A stretch of DNA of 64,000 bases from the human T2T-CHM13v2.0 reference genome, Homo sapiens: the NCBI RefSeq assembly GCF_009914755.1, contig NC_060937.1; one strand, written 5' to 3'. Within the stretch, counting starts at the first letter, position 1, and every line of letters starts with the position of its first letter. The position numbers and the translations under genes are program-made. A model generated the notes under the pieces. It was given only the letters and a program-made list of their open reading frames with translations, was not told the DNA's origin and did no database searches. Of this stretch, positions 1 to 15,770 are shown piece by piece.

Positions 1-460
<460 letters not shown>

Positions 461-729
461 AAAACATATAGTACCACTCCTTTCAAAATAATTATAACTT
501 TCGTCAATTTATAATTTCCCAAGGATAATCACTATGCCCATATAACTATGGAAAAATTTTTGAAATATTTCTGGTTTGAGGGATGATAATTAAATGAATT
601 TTATTCTAAGAAAATAATTGAACATCTGAAGGGAAACTATCTACAAAACAATTCTTAACATAAATAACCAACAATGAAGAAACAAAAAGTAAATTACAGC
701 AGATTTGTGTTACAATGGACACACTTCAG

Positions 730-1460
730 AGAGATACACTATGCAAACAGTAACTAGAAGAAAGCTGAAATTATTGCCTTAATATCAGACAAAATAGATT
801 TTCAGACAAAAAGTATTACTAGAGACAAAGAGACATTTAATAACAATAAAGGGATCAATACATCAAGAAGATGAAACAATTATAAATGTATAATTTATAA
901 TACATAATTTATACAAAGCCCCAAAGTGCATGAAACAAAAACTGACAGAATTGGTAGTAGAAACAGTTGGAGTTATAGTTGGCATTATAGTTTGGAATTA
1001 TAGTTGGAGATTCACATACTCCTCTCTCATTAACTGATAAAACAACTAGAAAGATTTAAACAACAGTATCAATCAACCTGACCTAATTGACATATACAAG
1101 GTGCTCCACCACCAACAGCAGAATGCATATTCTTTTCAAGTACACATGGAAAAATTTCCAATATAGATTTTATGCTAGGCCATAAAGCAAGTAATAATAA
1201 ACTCAAGAGATCATTAAAATTTTAAAATTAAAAGATAATTAACTATGATTAAGTAGGATTCATTCCAGAGATGCAAGAATAGTTTAATATATGAGAAATC
1301 AATAAATGCAATGCATCACATTAACAGAAAGAAAGACAAAAACCGTATAATCATTTTAACGGAAACACAAAAACATTTGACAGAATTCAACATTCCTTCA
1401 TGATAAAAACTCTCAACAAATTGAGTATAGAAGATATGTACCCCAACACCATAAAGACCT
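730..1460 (+). mobile_element. Old L1M ORF2 (endonuclease/RT) fragments, degenerate
   Basis: atatcagacaaaatagatttt...ccaacagcagaatgcatattcttttcaagtacacatgg...aattcaacattccttcatgataaaaactctcaacaaa. Confidence 0.8.
965..1010. repeat. Short tandem repeat, ~12-bp unit (attatagttgg-like) x~4, inside L1
   Basis: agttggagttatagttggcattatagtttggaattatagttggaga. Confidence 0.75.
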
Positions 1461-1564
1461 ATTCAGGATGAGCCTGGAGTATCTTATAGTGCAAGAAAGT
1501 AAGGAAGTGTCCAAAATACAAAAGCAAACATAAAGCAAACAAAACTCCACAATAAGGAAGGTAT

Positions 1565-2375
1565 TATAAAGGAATACAGGAGCTAACTGAAGGCTCCCAA
1601 TGGCCAAAGCTGGAAAATTTTGAGCAAAAAATTAAATAAAGTAGCATGGGATTATAACTCAACATATAAAATAAATGTCCATGAGTCCATAATGATATAA
1701 ATAAAGAAATAAATGTGGTAAAAGGGACAAATCTCCCATGCAGAACAATTCCAAGTAATTCATGTGGATACGCCACCTTCAAAGAGATGAGATGGTGTGG
1801 TCTGCACACAGTCACTTCCTTCAGAAGAGCACAGTGTGAAAACAGGGAATAAAAGAATATCTTTCCATTGGAGAAAACTGCTGGACACCACCTCAGCCAG
1901 GTGATCAAAAACAACAGTGGTAAGTCATGTTCATCGAATGTATCCTTGACATGAGGAAAATGGTACTTTACCTCTGTGTTCTTCCTCTCCCAAACCTGTA
2001 ACTCCGGATTAATCATGAGGAAGACAATTCCCAATGAAGAGACATGCAAAAAAATGCCTCAAAATTGTCAAGGTCATCAGAAATGAAAGACGTGAGAAAC
2101 TGTCGCAGCCTAAGAAGACACAACTACTAAATATCATGTGGCATCCTGGATGAGATCCTGGAACAGAAAAAGGATGTTAGGTGAAATCTAAGGAAATCTG
2201 AATAAAGTATGAACTGAAATTAATAATAATGTGTCAACATTGGTGAATTAATTGCAGCAAATGTGCCGTGATGTAAGATGCTAATAACAAAGGAGACAGA
2301 GCATGGAGCATAAGAACTGTCTTTGCAAGTTTTCTGTAAATCTAAGACTATACTAAAAAGTCAAGTTTATTTTTT
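1565..2375 (+). mobile_element. L1MC/L1MD-type 3' UTR
   Basis: ggctcccaatggccaaagctgg...cctggatgagatcctggaacagaaaaagg...ttttctgtaaatctaagacta. Confidence 0.75.
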
Positions 2376-4525
2376 AAAAAGTACTTCTCTTTCCTGTAAT
2401 AATGTAAGACAGATTAGGGGAGAGCCATATAACAAAGTCTAGAATCAATTGAAGTGGCATCATAAAGCTAAATTCCAGAAAAATGTGTACCATCTGGCTT
2501 CGTGGAACCCAAATGTGCTGGCTTAGTGCTAAAGTGGCAGCCAGGAAGGGTTTAAATGGTGTTATCATTAATACATATTTGGCAGCAGGAATTTCCATTA
2601 TTAGCAGCTGAAAAAACATGCCATGGAACACTTGAACAGAACTGTACAGGAAAATACAAACTCTCCCACTTTGCTCTCTTTATGCAGCAGACATCTCCTG
2701 AGAAACAAAGAGCTGAGTTTTTCTTTTCAGAGCCTGCAAGATTTATTTCTTTTAGAAAAATCTACCTTTAATTACTGTAGAATGCTCCCTAATGCTCAAA
2801 GACTCCTGAGCTCATTGGATGCCTCAGGACTAAGAACTGGGCTTTGTTATTATTATTTAGAAAACAAACAGGTTCAGAGAGGGTCAGTAATTTGCTCTGA
2901 ATCCACATCTGGTAAGTTGTGGAATTGGAACTTGAACCTAGGTCTTTCAAATAAAAACTGAATGTCCTTTATACAACTAAAAATGATTTGAGACATTTTT
3001 TGTCCTGTTGTTTGGGCACATGTTAGCGGACATCAGACATCCAAAACAAAAACGTCACCTTCTGATGAGTGAAGGCAGCAAGGTGGGCTTTGGCCTTCCC
3101 AATGGGTGTCGACACTAACCAGAAAATTCTTCTGAGCAACACTGAGCCTCAGTTCTATCATTTATCTTCTTCTTTCAGTTTGTCCCTCAAATGCTTTCAC
3201 CATCTCTGTTTCTTGTATTAATCTGATCATTTTTGTCTTTGATTTCTGCACAGCTGGTGAAGTCACTCTTCACCTTATTTGGTTCTCCTTCCACACTGCA
3301 TTTCAGCTTTAATCACCTCTCTCATCTGCCTGATGCTGAGACCCTAGTCCTTGTTCCTGTTTGCCGTGGTCTTGACCACATGACAAAGAGTATTAGACTA
3401 TCGGAGAAGACCCAAATGCTATTTTGATTTGAAAATCTGCACTATTTTCAAAGGTTCACTGAGAAACTGGAGTACTTGATAATTCAGAGTTATTAAGATT
3501 ATCTAATTCTGCCTAATCTCTCTTATGTGGGAGATAAGGTTTAATATGTATCACTTCTAATGAAAGGAGATGAGGAATTGGGTCATTCCTTTCAATTTCA
3601 CAGTAATATTTCACTGACCTCTAAAAATACCTCCTATTAAAATGTATAGAAACCAATTCTTGGGCAGAACTCAGACTTGAATAGAAGCAGAGAATAATAC
3701 TGCACATTAGAAGAAGAAATGTCTCTTCCGAATAGGACCTTAGGTTTTAAAAATCCAACCAACTCAGAAACAACGGGACACTTTGAGATGTACTTAGATC
3801 TCTGTCAGCGAGTTTTCCAAAAGAAGTCAGGGCCACCCTTACTGGGGATGTTGTCAAAGAGATTCATATTTTACACATTGGGGTGAAGGGCCTGGGGAAA
3901 TGTTGTTGATCACTTCATGCAAATTCGCAAAGCGTTCCATATTTAAAAAAAAAAAAAGAAAGAAATTACTTTTTTAAACCTACATATAAAATGAGATTTT
4001 ATATTGAGTCACTGTAGCCTATTAAAACTCATCTCAATTTTTGTTACCAGAGTGCTATTTTCATTGTGCAACGCTTTGCAAATTCTCATTGCCCTCTGCT
4101 AATAATTCTGAATTTGAATCTATATCCTCTTAGAGAGAGTGAGATCTTTGCACTTCTAAAGGTTGCAGAGCCAGTGGCTTTGTCTCCATGTGACTGTGCA
4201 CTGAAGGGTAATGTTCTCATGCCTCAAGGGGCAGCCAGATAGCCTGGGGAAGAGCAATGGAATGGAGCACGCTGGGAGAGCCAAGGCCTGGAATTAGGGA
4301 GTAGGGAGAAATGTTGGCTACAGGCTCTGGGAAGTGTAGTCTAGCAGATAGAATGCTATATCCAAGGGTAGGGAAATAGATACGGGGGAAGGGGGTTGGA
4401 GGTGGAGAGAATGTGTTGGAAGCAAAGATCTCAAAGCAACGTAGTAGGAAAATTATGAAAGACAACCAGAGAAAAGCAATGAAGACTGAAGGATAGAATA
4501 ATACTCAGTCGTTTCGTGAAAGGGC

Positions 4526-4949
4526 TGTATATGTAAATCAACCCCCAAAATGCAGAAGGAATTTGATAACCAAAGGAGGCACACAAGTCCTGCTTGCATT
4601 ATAGAGAGATTTTATTGGAGAACTTACAGACAGAAGCATGGTCTTAGGTAGACGTAAGCCAGGTAAACCTCCTTACCATCACCCCCAGACCCAGGGATTA
4701 TATACCATAGGAAAAGGGTACACATACTTCAGAGGGAATGGGAAGGACTTTAATCTAAGGGTAGGATTTATGGGAAGTATGAGTTTATGAAGGTTGATTT
4801 GATCTAAGGACAGGATTTATGGTAACTATATGCTCTTACACAAGAAGCAAAGATAAACTGGAAATCTGAGAGTCAATCCTGGAAAGGGGGTTAATCAGAA
4901 GTCAATATGGCGGATTCGCTTCCAAGATGGAGTCACTTTAACCTTCACA
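4526..4949 (-). mobile_element. ERV1-class solo LTR (subfamily not assigned)
   Basis: TG...CA ends; tttatt poly(A) signal and TATA-like motif on the minus strand; internal repeat atctaagg..aggatttatgg; terminal aagatggagtcact motif. Confidence 0.6.
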
Positions 4950-5093
4950 TCAGGAGTCTGGGAAGACAGAAAATAAGCACGTAGAAGAGTTTCACCGTCT
5001 ATGTTGGGCTTAAAAAAATAAGACTCTGGTCCCAGATTAGTCCTTGTGGCCAAAGAACAAAGAAGTGGGCAGGCAAGAATGAGGCAAAAGTCA

Positions 5094-5407
<314 letters not shown>

Positions 5408-5436
5408 GAGAGAGAGAGAGAGAGACAATGCCCATG

Positions 5437-5665
5437 GCCAGAGAGCAGAACAGGGGTTATCAGGGACTAGGGGTAAGGAGTGGGAAAATGAGGAGTTGTT
5501 TAATGGGTTCAGAGCTCAAGTATGGGATGATGAATAGCTTCTAGGGATGGATGGGAGTGATGATTGCACAGCAGTGTAAATGTACTTAGTGCCACTCTAC
5601 TACACACTTAAAAATGGTCAAAATGGTAAATTTTAGCTTATGTATATTTAATACAAAAAAATTTT
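5437..5665 (+). mobile_element. L1MB-type 3' end
   Basis: gagttgtttaatggg...gtaaatgtacttagtgccact...acacttaaaaatggtcaaaatggtaaatttt. Confidence 0.8.
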
Positions 5666-7049
5666 AATGAATTTTTTTAAAAAGAGAGACAGTGGCAGCA
5701 TCAGATTTCCATCACAGGAACTCAGGTACTAGCAACAATGGAGAAGCCCAATTCTCAGAACTGGCATGTGAGGTGGATACTAGATCTTGGGTGACAGAAG
5801 GGCCTGTGTGCAATGCGGAGCTCAAGGTCAGAACAGACCAGAGGTACATCTGACTGTGTGCAGTGATTTAGGGCATGTGCTGGAACACTTGACTGCTGCT
5901 TAAACCCGGGAAATGGCTGAGTCTGAAAGTGGGCTTAAGTAGCCTCAGCTATGGACGTCAAGGAAGTCTAAAAAGGCTGGGTATTGGGCAAGACTAATAC
6001 ATGCTGGTTCTTTGTAATCTCATTTTCCTCACCCAGGACTCATGTTGAGGAGGACAACAAAAGAAATCAGCCCTGAGACAAACCAGCTCCCACTGAAGGA
6101 AATAATTTGACCATGAACAGAGTGGAAACAGGATATAGAGCTCCCAATATTTTAGGCCAACTCACTAACTAGTAGACAATTCTTCCTTTTAAAGAATTCT
6201 ATGCCTTTTCACTAATGAATTAATGTCCCTATGGAGCCACAAAGGATGAGAATTTAGCCCAAATGTATACTTAAATTGGATCGCCTTGTAAGAATGCTTT
6301 AAAAAATAAAATGCAGCCACCTGTGACATATTAAGACTGTTAATGTACTCATTGACATAAATACCTGAAGGGTTTTTATAACAGCTGGAACATGGCTCAA
6401 AGATCTTTTGTATTTGATTTTTAATGTACTTCCAAAGTGACTTCATAAAATTGCAACCACTACCACCAGTGGGGTTTCGTTTAACTCCTTGAGTCCTCAT
6501 CTTCCAGTGCTATTGATGCCAGTGATTACCATTACTGCTCACTCTAAATGTCTTGAAGATAAAAATCAAACTCCAAATACATTAGCAATTGAGAGACAAG
6601 ACTTAAAAGACAGGCAATCAAGACCTACATGTCCCTGGCCACCACAACTCTCACAAAATGACATTTTCTTGGCTCCACCCTCACTTCCTCTGTAGAGTCC
6701 ACAGTCCCTTCAAATTCTTCCCATATGGGTCTTAGCAAGGCCTAAATTCCTCCCATATGGCACCACTGAAGGGTTCGGGCAATAAACCTCCTCAACTGTG
6801 ACTGGACCCCAGACTGTCCAGCCTACTGTGGGGCTGCATCCATCTCATCTCTGCCAGAGGTGACAGCTTGGCCTCTACTTCCCACTAGACAAATTGTTAA
6901 CTGTTGATGTCCACGCCAAAGCTGATGGTGACTGAGGCAGAAGGAACTGGTGTCTGAGCCACAACAGCCGGTTATGACAGACCCTGTACCACTCCTAGGG
7001 CCACCCTTCCATTTCATCTCCACCCCATCGTCCTTGAGTTTGGTTCAAT

Positions 7050-8380
7050 CATTTGTCTGTTCGTTCAGTCAACAAATGTTTATTAAACATCTATTATGTG
7101 CTGAGCACCAAAATAGGCTGATGATGTAGAGGCTATGTGCAAAAGAAGCATGATGGAGCTTACATTCCCGTGTGCAGACCAACAGTAACAGGTGAACAAA
7201 TTAATAAATGCATAACTACTTATGTGAAATGCTAAGAAAGTAATAGTCAAGGTGCTGTGATCAGGAATAAGAGCTGATGGAGTGGTCAAGAGCGGGCCTC
7301 CTTCAGGAAATGACATTTAAATTAAGACCCAAAGGGTGAGAAGGAAACAACCATTTAAAGAGCCGGGGAAAGAGTTTCACAGGCAAAGGGAGTATAAGGA
7401 AGAAAAACACATGGGCCATTCAAAGACCTAAAATAAATCTGCAGTGGGTGTAGCTAGAGTCAAGTGAGAGAGAGGCAGAATGGTAGGAGGCTGGGTTGAG
7501 CAGCAAGGTGGGGCAGGCTATGTTTGACTTCTGTAGGTTGAACCTGAGAAGCCATTAAATAGAAGGGGAATGGATAGTTTTCTTCACATTTTGTAAAAAA
7601 ATGTAAAGCTCATCTTGACTGCTATGTGGAGAGTAGATTGGAAGATACCAAGAAGGGAAATAGGAAAGTTATTTGTAATCATTCAGGTGAGAAATGATGA
7701 TGGCTTAAAGTAGGACAGCAGCAGTGAAGATGAACATAAGTAAATGGGAGATGCATTTTGAAATAGGAAGGATTTGCTGATAGATTCAATATATAGGTGC
7801 AGTAAGGGAGAAGAATCAGATGACTACCAAGTTTCTGGCTTGAGCAATTGGATGGATGATGATGCATTTACTGAGATCAGGAAGATAAAAAACAGACTGC
7901 GGTGAGGAAATCAAAAGTCTGCAACATATTAGGTTTGTTATGCTTATGAGACACTGCAGTGAAGCACTGAGTAGGCATTTGCATATACTCACTCGTTAAC
8001 ATATATTTTTGAGTCTCTACTATGTGTAGGAACTGAGCCTAATTCTAGGGGTATAGCAGTAAACATAACAAAGATGATCTTTGACCTTAGGAAGTTTACA
8101 AACGAGCAGGTAGGGCAAACACTGGACAAGTAACTAAGCATGATATAGGTACCAGTGCAGAAATTGGAGCCAGGGGGTGGGCAAGGGGGGAAGAACAAGG
8201 AGGCTGACAATCTGGGTGGCTAGCAGAGGTTTCCTAAGGAAGTTTCCTAAGACACTTAGCTCTGATATATGAACAAAATTAGCTCAGTAAAGAGGTGGAG
8301 GCAGAGTTTCAGGCAGAACATGTGCAGAGCATGTGTAGAGGCCTGGAGGCAGGAGAGATTAGGTTTTTCCAGGAACGAGT
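7050..8380 (-). mobile_element. L2 fragments (two 3' ends, ~7050 and ~7990)
   Basis: ttcagtcaacaaatgtttattaaacatctattatgtg...; cagatgactaccaagtttctggcttgagcaattgg. Confidence 0.75.
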
Positions 8381-8600
8381 CTTATAGAACTAATTCTTTC
8401 CCAGAATGTTCTCAGTCCTCATGAAATTCCAGTTAGCAGGCTAGTTCCACTCATCCTCCAGACATGCTGGAGTGGCCAGAGGGTCAACGCAGCCTGCACT
8501 CCAGCCAGGACTCCTGCTATACTGTGTCTAAAAGATCAAAGTTCATTCTTTCAATTAACAATTCCTTGAGCACCTGACTATGGATCACGGAGGTCTAGAT

Positions 8601-8944
8601 CAGCAATCCCCAACCTTTTTGACAGCAGGGATCTGTTTCATGGAAGACAATTTTTCCATGGATTGGGAGGGGGAGGGAGAGATGGTTTGGGGATGAAACT
8701 GTTTCACCTCAGATCATCAGTCACTAGATTCTCATAAGGAGCAGGCAACCTAGATCCCTCTCATGCATGGTTCACGATAGGGTTTGTGCTCCTATGAGAA
8801 TCTAAGGCTGCTGCTGGTCTGACAGGAGGCAGAACTCTGGCAGTGATGCTCGCTTGCCCACTGCTCACCTCCTGCTGTGCAGCCTGGTTCCTAACAGGCC
8901 ACGGGCTGGTACCAGTCTGCAGGCTTGGGGGTTGGGGACCCCTG
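8601..8944 (+). mobile_element. MER1B (hAT-Charlie MITE)
   Basis: TIRs cagcaatccccaacc / ggttggggacccctg; 8-bp TSD gtctagat/ctctagat. Confidence 0.9.
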
Positions 8945-10149
8945 CTCTAGATAAACTTCTTGCCTCTCAGAAAGAACTTGTCACTTAGTGGAGAATGAAG
9001 AGTGTTATACTAAAGGTATGTCTAAAGAACCATGGGGAGATTGAAGAAGGAGTGACCGGCTCTCCCTGGAGCCACAGAGGAGACATCACAGAAAAGGAGG
9101 GAGAAAGAAAGAAATGGCAACACTGACATTGGTTGAGCACTTGGGATTGATATGTGCATTTGGGAAATGGCAAGCCATTTGGGAGAACGAACCATTCTTA
9201 GAACTCAGTTTGCCCAATGAATATAATTTCCTCTCTTAGATACATGATCTTCTTCCTTAGCATTGAGAAGATTTCTCTGCATTTGGTAATAGCTATGATT
9301 TTGCAACTGGCAGGTTTTTTCAAGGAAAGACCCTAGTATGGAAGGCTTATGAAATAATCCAATGCTTGTGGTCCTATGAGTAAAGGAGGGAGAAACCCCC
9401 AGGAGTCAATCTGAAGGCCACAAACTTTTATTTCCACCTGCCAAGTTTCCATCACTTTTGCAGGTAGTCCTGAGATAACTAGGATGGAAACCCTCTCCTT
9501 ACCAGTAAAGACAAGCCATCCACTTAGCGGTCCTTCTGTTCCATCCTCCAGAAAGACACGAGGCCTTTGGTAGCTCTCCATACTCCCTACTCCCCCACTC
9601 CCAATACCAATATTGGAGAATCTGCCATTTGGAAACTCTCAAGCACAGCCTTCCTTCAGGACTGGCTCAAAAAAATCATTTTGCTTTTGGCATTTTTAAT
9701 TAAAGTGGCATTGCATAAAAACAGATGAAAACATGTCAGTAACTCAAAGTTATTAGAAAATGGAGATGAGAAGAGAGAGAAAAAAGGTGAGAGTGGGAAG
9801 AATCCTAGAAAGGAAATGAATCTATGTGAGAAACTATTTCCCAATGAACTCCCATGCTAATCACAGCCTTCAGACGTCAGTAGCAGAGGCTACAGCCGAG
9901 TGATAATTAGAAACCAAGCAACCTTTCTGAAAGAAGTACAAGATGGAACATTATTAGGTAAAGTGGTTTTTTCTTTCTTTTTTTTTTTTTTACACCCAAG
10001 AAGTGTGCCGTTGTTCCTTAATAGCTTTGAAAAGCAAGAACATTAAACACAAAGGCAGTGTGTCAGGAGTAGCAGAAAACTCCAGGATGGGCTTTTTCTT
10101 GTCGCTCCTGGGAAGAGTTAAGTCATTTAGTCTATACAATTAAAACACC

Positions 10150-10515
10150 CCAGTGTTGCCAGGGGTGGGGGACGAAGGGAGAGGGAAGAACAGGGAAAGC
10201 ACAGGGACTATTAGGGCAGTGAAACTATCATATATGAAACTATAATGGTGGATGCACGACACTGTGCATTTTTCAAAATCCCCAGGATGTAAACTCAATG
10301 TGTGAACTCTAATATTAACTATGAACTTTATTTAATAATAATGTTATTTAATAATATTAGTTCATCACTTAAAACAAATATACCAGACTACTGCAACATG
10401 TTAATAACAGGGGACACTAGGGGAAGGAGTGGGAGTATACGGGAGTTCTCTGCGCTTTCTATTCAATTTTTCTGCAAATCTAAACCTCCTGTAAGAAATC
10501 AAGTCTATTAATTAA
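10150..10515 (+). mobile_element. L1MC-type 3' end
   Basis: agggcagtgaaactat...tctgcaaatctaaacc; TSD-like caattaaaacac/caatttaaaacac. Confidence 0.75.
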
Positions 10516-10589
10516 GAACAATTTAAAACACTTTAAAGTGAATTGCTCCACTTGATCTCTTCCTTCATTTCATATTAGACTTGATAAAA

Positions 10590-11080
10590 TATGTAGATAT
10601 CATTTAAAACCATTGTCTGAATGAGATCATCAAGGGAGTGAATCTGTATAAAGAGGAGTCTGAGGACTTGCCCCAGTGCACTCCCATATTCAGAAATCAG
10701 AAAAAAAGAGGATCCTCAGAGGAGACTGAGTAGAAGCAGCCTGTGAAATCTGAGACAATGTGGGTAATTTTGTGTCCCCGTCGTCAACTAAAGGCTTGTC
10801 AGAGTGGGGAATCTGTATCAAATACTACTGAATGAGTTAAGGATGTAGAGTTGACTGCTGGATTTGATACCTTTGATATGAACAATTTTAGAGGAGTAGT
10901 GGGCACAGTATCCCAACTGGAGAAGATTTAAGAGAAATTAGTGGAGACAGAGTAGGGAAAACAAGCCTAGAAATCTCAAGTTTCTTTATAAAGGGAAATG
11001 GAGGGATAGTGAGAAAGTTGCTGTTTCGGCAGCCTTCATAATTAGAAAAGGAAGGGGCAAGGAAGTTAAGAGGGAGACTG
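10590..11080 (-). mobile_element. L2 internal fragment
   Basis: atttaaaaccattgtctgaatgagatcatcaagggagtg...gaggagactgagtagaagcagcctgtga. Confidence 0.6.
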
Positions 11081-11081
11081 A

Positions 11082-11402
<321 letters not shown>

Positions 11403-11959
11403 TTAATTGTGGGCTGTGGATTCTAAACCAGTAAGGAGCTAAGTTGAGGACATGAAGAAGAGGATGAGGTAGGCTCAATAAAGTAAAAGGCTCTTATTTC
11501 TGAATAACCATTAAAATTGTGGTACAAGAAATAGCATGCTGATCAGTGTCAAGGTCATTGTGCCACAATTAATTTTTGTGCTTCTAAGCACTGATGACAA
11601 AGGACCAAGGCTACAATGAAGTCTCGTTGTATTCAAATGATAAATGGAATACAAATCATAATTACAAAGACTACCCAGTTTGATTTCCTTCTTTCTCAAC
11701 CTCGTAGTTTTTAATTGTTTCATTTCCTCATGAGAAATTTCTAACAGCTCTTGGTATAATTATTATGAGTTATTTTAATGAAATCATTATCGCACTCTTT
11801 TCTGGTTTCACATGACTCTTCTAATATAAAAATTGAAAGTTCATTCTGAAAAAAATGACGCCAATTGTCCTCCACGTAAATTATTACACATCAATAAATA
11901 ACCAAATATGTATTATTATTCTGGAGGTTTTGAGGAGGAAGTGACAGAAATACCAATTA

Positions 11960-12150
11960 CTTATTAAGAATTTATTCATGCCTGCCATTTTGCTAGGAAA
12001 TTGCTCATCTGTGCAACAGCTTCACAAGGTAGGTATTATTATTATTCTTATTTTACAAGTGAAGAAGGAAAGACTTAGGCTGTATGACTAAGAACACATA
12101 GCTAAGAAGTGACAAAATCTGGGAAACAGAACTCCAGACACAACGATGCC
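11960..12150 (-). mobile_element. MIR
   Basis: caaggtaggtattattattattcttattttacaagtgaagaa. Confidence 0.6.
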
Positions 12151-13964
12151 AAGATTCCTTCTCATTCCTTGACTGTCTCGCAGGATTTCTTCCATGCACT
12201 TTCTGGTATCACCTGCTTTGTGAACTGCAGCACCACTCCCTGGTGGTTTTACATTTTTGTTGTGGGAGCACAAGTTAATAGTTTGCTGTAGGTTGACAAC
12301 CCAATTAAGACCCCAGAGGTTGTGTTTGTTAATTTCTTCCGTCATTCACTCATTTACATAACTACCCTTAGTATAAATTTGGCACAGATTATCACTTTTC
12401 TGTGAATGCTACCATGCGGTACTGATTCTCACCATGACTGATCCACCGCTGATTTTTCAATAGTTGAGGAAAAGGGGCTACTCAGTTCTGCCACTTTATT
12501 TTCAAAACCTCAGCAGACACAGAATGATTATTATCACCTGATTTTCAATCAACATCTCATTTTACAAAATTACACTGATCGTAGTGCTACTTGATAAACA
12601 GTCATATTTTTAGAAAGAAAAAGATATTTTCTAAAAATAGATGAGTTGTTAATGGTTCTCTTTCTCCTACAGACACCCACGCCAACATGGAAGAGCTTTT
12701 TTTTCCAGTACCTTTCCCTTTGGTTTCAACTAACAACTTCCTGGTAATATGATCTCTTGGTTTGTTTCTTTCCTCCTACCGCTTGGTTTCTAGAGTGACT
12801 ACGTTGTAGTCATCTATTAAAAATGTGGTTGCCAAGTAATAGGCATCCTAACTTCAGATTGTTATTTGACATGGAAGAAATATAAAATCTTTTGATGTTT
12901 AAATAAAATTTTAATCAAAATTATATGTAGAATTAAAAGAAATTTAAAAGCACAGTTAATCCACATTTTTAAGAATGAGAGAGTAGCTTATATCAAATCA
13001 GCTCTTCCTTTATTAACATCGATGAAACCTGGACAAATAGTAAAATGCAGCGGTTTGAAGGCATTAGACAATAATCAAGGGAGAAAGGAGTTAGGAGATA
13101 AATATCCTGGAAAGAAAGGAAATGCAATGAAACAAATTAATGTTATCTGTTGCTCCTCCTCTTGAGACGTTGCGCTATTGCTAAACTGTGCAGGGTTAGA
13201 AGGCAAACAGAAAGATGCACAGAAAGATTAAAAAGCCTAGCAAAGTTTTGTTCATGTCACGGTGCTAGGAGATAAAAATTGGAGTTCAAAGCCCAACCAA
13301 AGATGAGAGGCAGTGGTAAACATTCTGCTATTGAGTTGAGACCCATAAAGAACTGCACACTGAGAGTAAAGGCAGACTGGAAGTAGACAAGTCCTCACAA
13401 AACCAGAAACTCAGCCTCAATTTCTCCCAATTCCCCTTTGAACCAAGGTTACATACTTCTACTCTAATTACTTCCAAGAAGAAAAATAAATCTTTTGTGC
13501 AAGAAGATATATCACCAGAGCCACTAGAGTTTTTCGTAGGTAATAGGAATTATTCAATTGAAAATAACTGAGCATGCCTGGACATAGGACCAAACAATTG
13601 AATATCAAGAGATAAAGAGCAAATAGTAGAAATGGATCCACAGGTATCTCAGATATTGGAGTTATCAGAAAGAGATTTCAACTCTACTGTCATCAGTATT
13701 TTTGAGACAATTGATGACAAGAGTGTAAGGGTATATAAAATAAGAAAGAGCTAACATTTGTGATTGGATTTCTAGAAGTAAAGGAGCAAGAAAATGGGAC
13801 AGGAGCAATATTTGAAGAGATAACAACTGAGAATTTCCAAAGTCCAATGAAACATATCAGCCCACACATTCAAAAAGCTCTAAGAAACTCAACAAAGGTT
13901 AAATACAAAGAAAACTACTCCAGTCACAAGGTATTCAAACTGCTGGAAGCTAAAAGCAAAGCAA

Positions 13965-14293
<329 letters not shown>

Positions 14294-15415
14294 TAAAAGC
14301 AGCTAAAAGAAAAAGACTTATTACTTTAAAAGTAACAATGATAAATTGACTGATGCTCAACATTAATAATGGCAGTCAGAAGACAATGGGATAGGATCTG
14401 TAAACTACTGAAATAACTGCCAACATAGAATTCTATACTGAGTGAAAATATTCTTCAAAAATCAAGGGGGAAAAAATGTTTGCATATTAACAAAAAATTA
14501 GCACAAATATACAATAATAAATATTTAAAATAATTATTCAGGAAGTTGAAGAATTATTTTAAATGGACTCACAGAAATGCACAAAGGTGGAAAGAGCACA
14601 AGAAAGGGTAAACATGTCAGTAAATATATTGACTGCATGAACAATAAGGTAACAATATAAATATATTTATATTATTATAAATAAACATTATATTTATATG
14701 TTATAGGGTTTAAAATATATGGCAAAAATAGCACAAAAGGCAGTAAGTAAAAAATTGTGTTAAAATATCCAAAGTCCTTTCATTGTCTGGGAGGTGTTAA
14801 AAATATTAATTTATTATGGGCCATAATAAGTCTAGTGTGTATACTATAATATCTAAATTAATCACTAAAATTATAATTAATATGCTAATAAAAGAAAATA
14901 ATAGAAAATACTTGATTACTCCAAAAAAATGTAAGAAATGAGAAGAAAAGGAATGATGGTTAATAAAAACGGTATGATAATAGAAGAAGCAGAATAAACA
15001 TTTTAAGAACGCCACACAAAGGCACATCATAATTAAATTTCAGAACATCAATGATAAAAAGAAAATCTTAAAAACAGCAAGAGGGAAAAGATAAATATAC
15101 AGAGTATCAAATATAAGAGTTATGAAAGACTTCTTTTCAGAAGCTATGCAAGCCAGTAGACCATGGAGTGAAGCGCCAAAAGAAGGAAAAAAATCTAACT
15201 AGAATTCCATATCCAGTAAAAGTATATTTGAAAAACTAAGTAAAAAATAAGGACTTTTTTAAAAGAAAAAAAGTTGACAGAATTCACTGCCAACAGAACT
15301 GCAATGCAAGAAATAAAATCAGAAAGAAAGAGTATTATTTGAAAATTTGGGTCTACACTAAAGAATGAAGAGTATCAGCAATGGTTGATATGTGGGTAAA
15401 TATACAACTCTTGTC

Positions 15416-15770
<355 letters not shown>

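Noticed and set aside
2731-2911. Plus-strand exon-like segment (ttttcttttcag ... ctg/gtaagt)
   Set aside because: The donor lies in a MIR-like motif where gtaagt is common; no coding signal or partner exons
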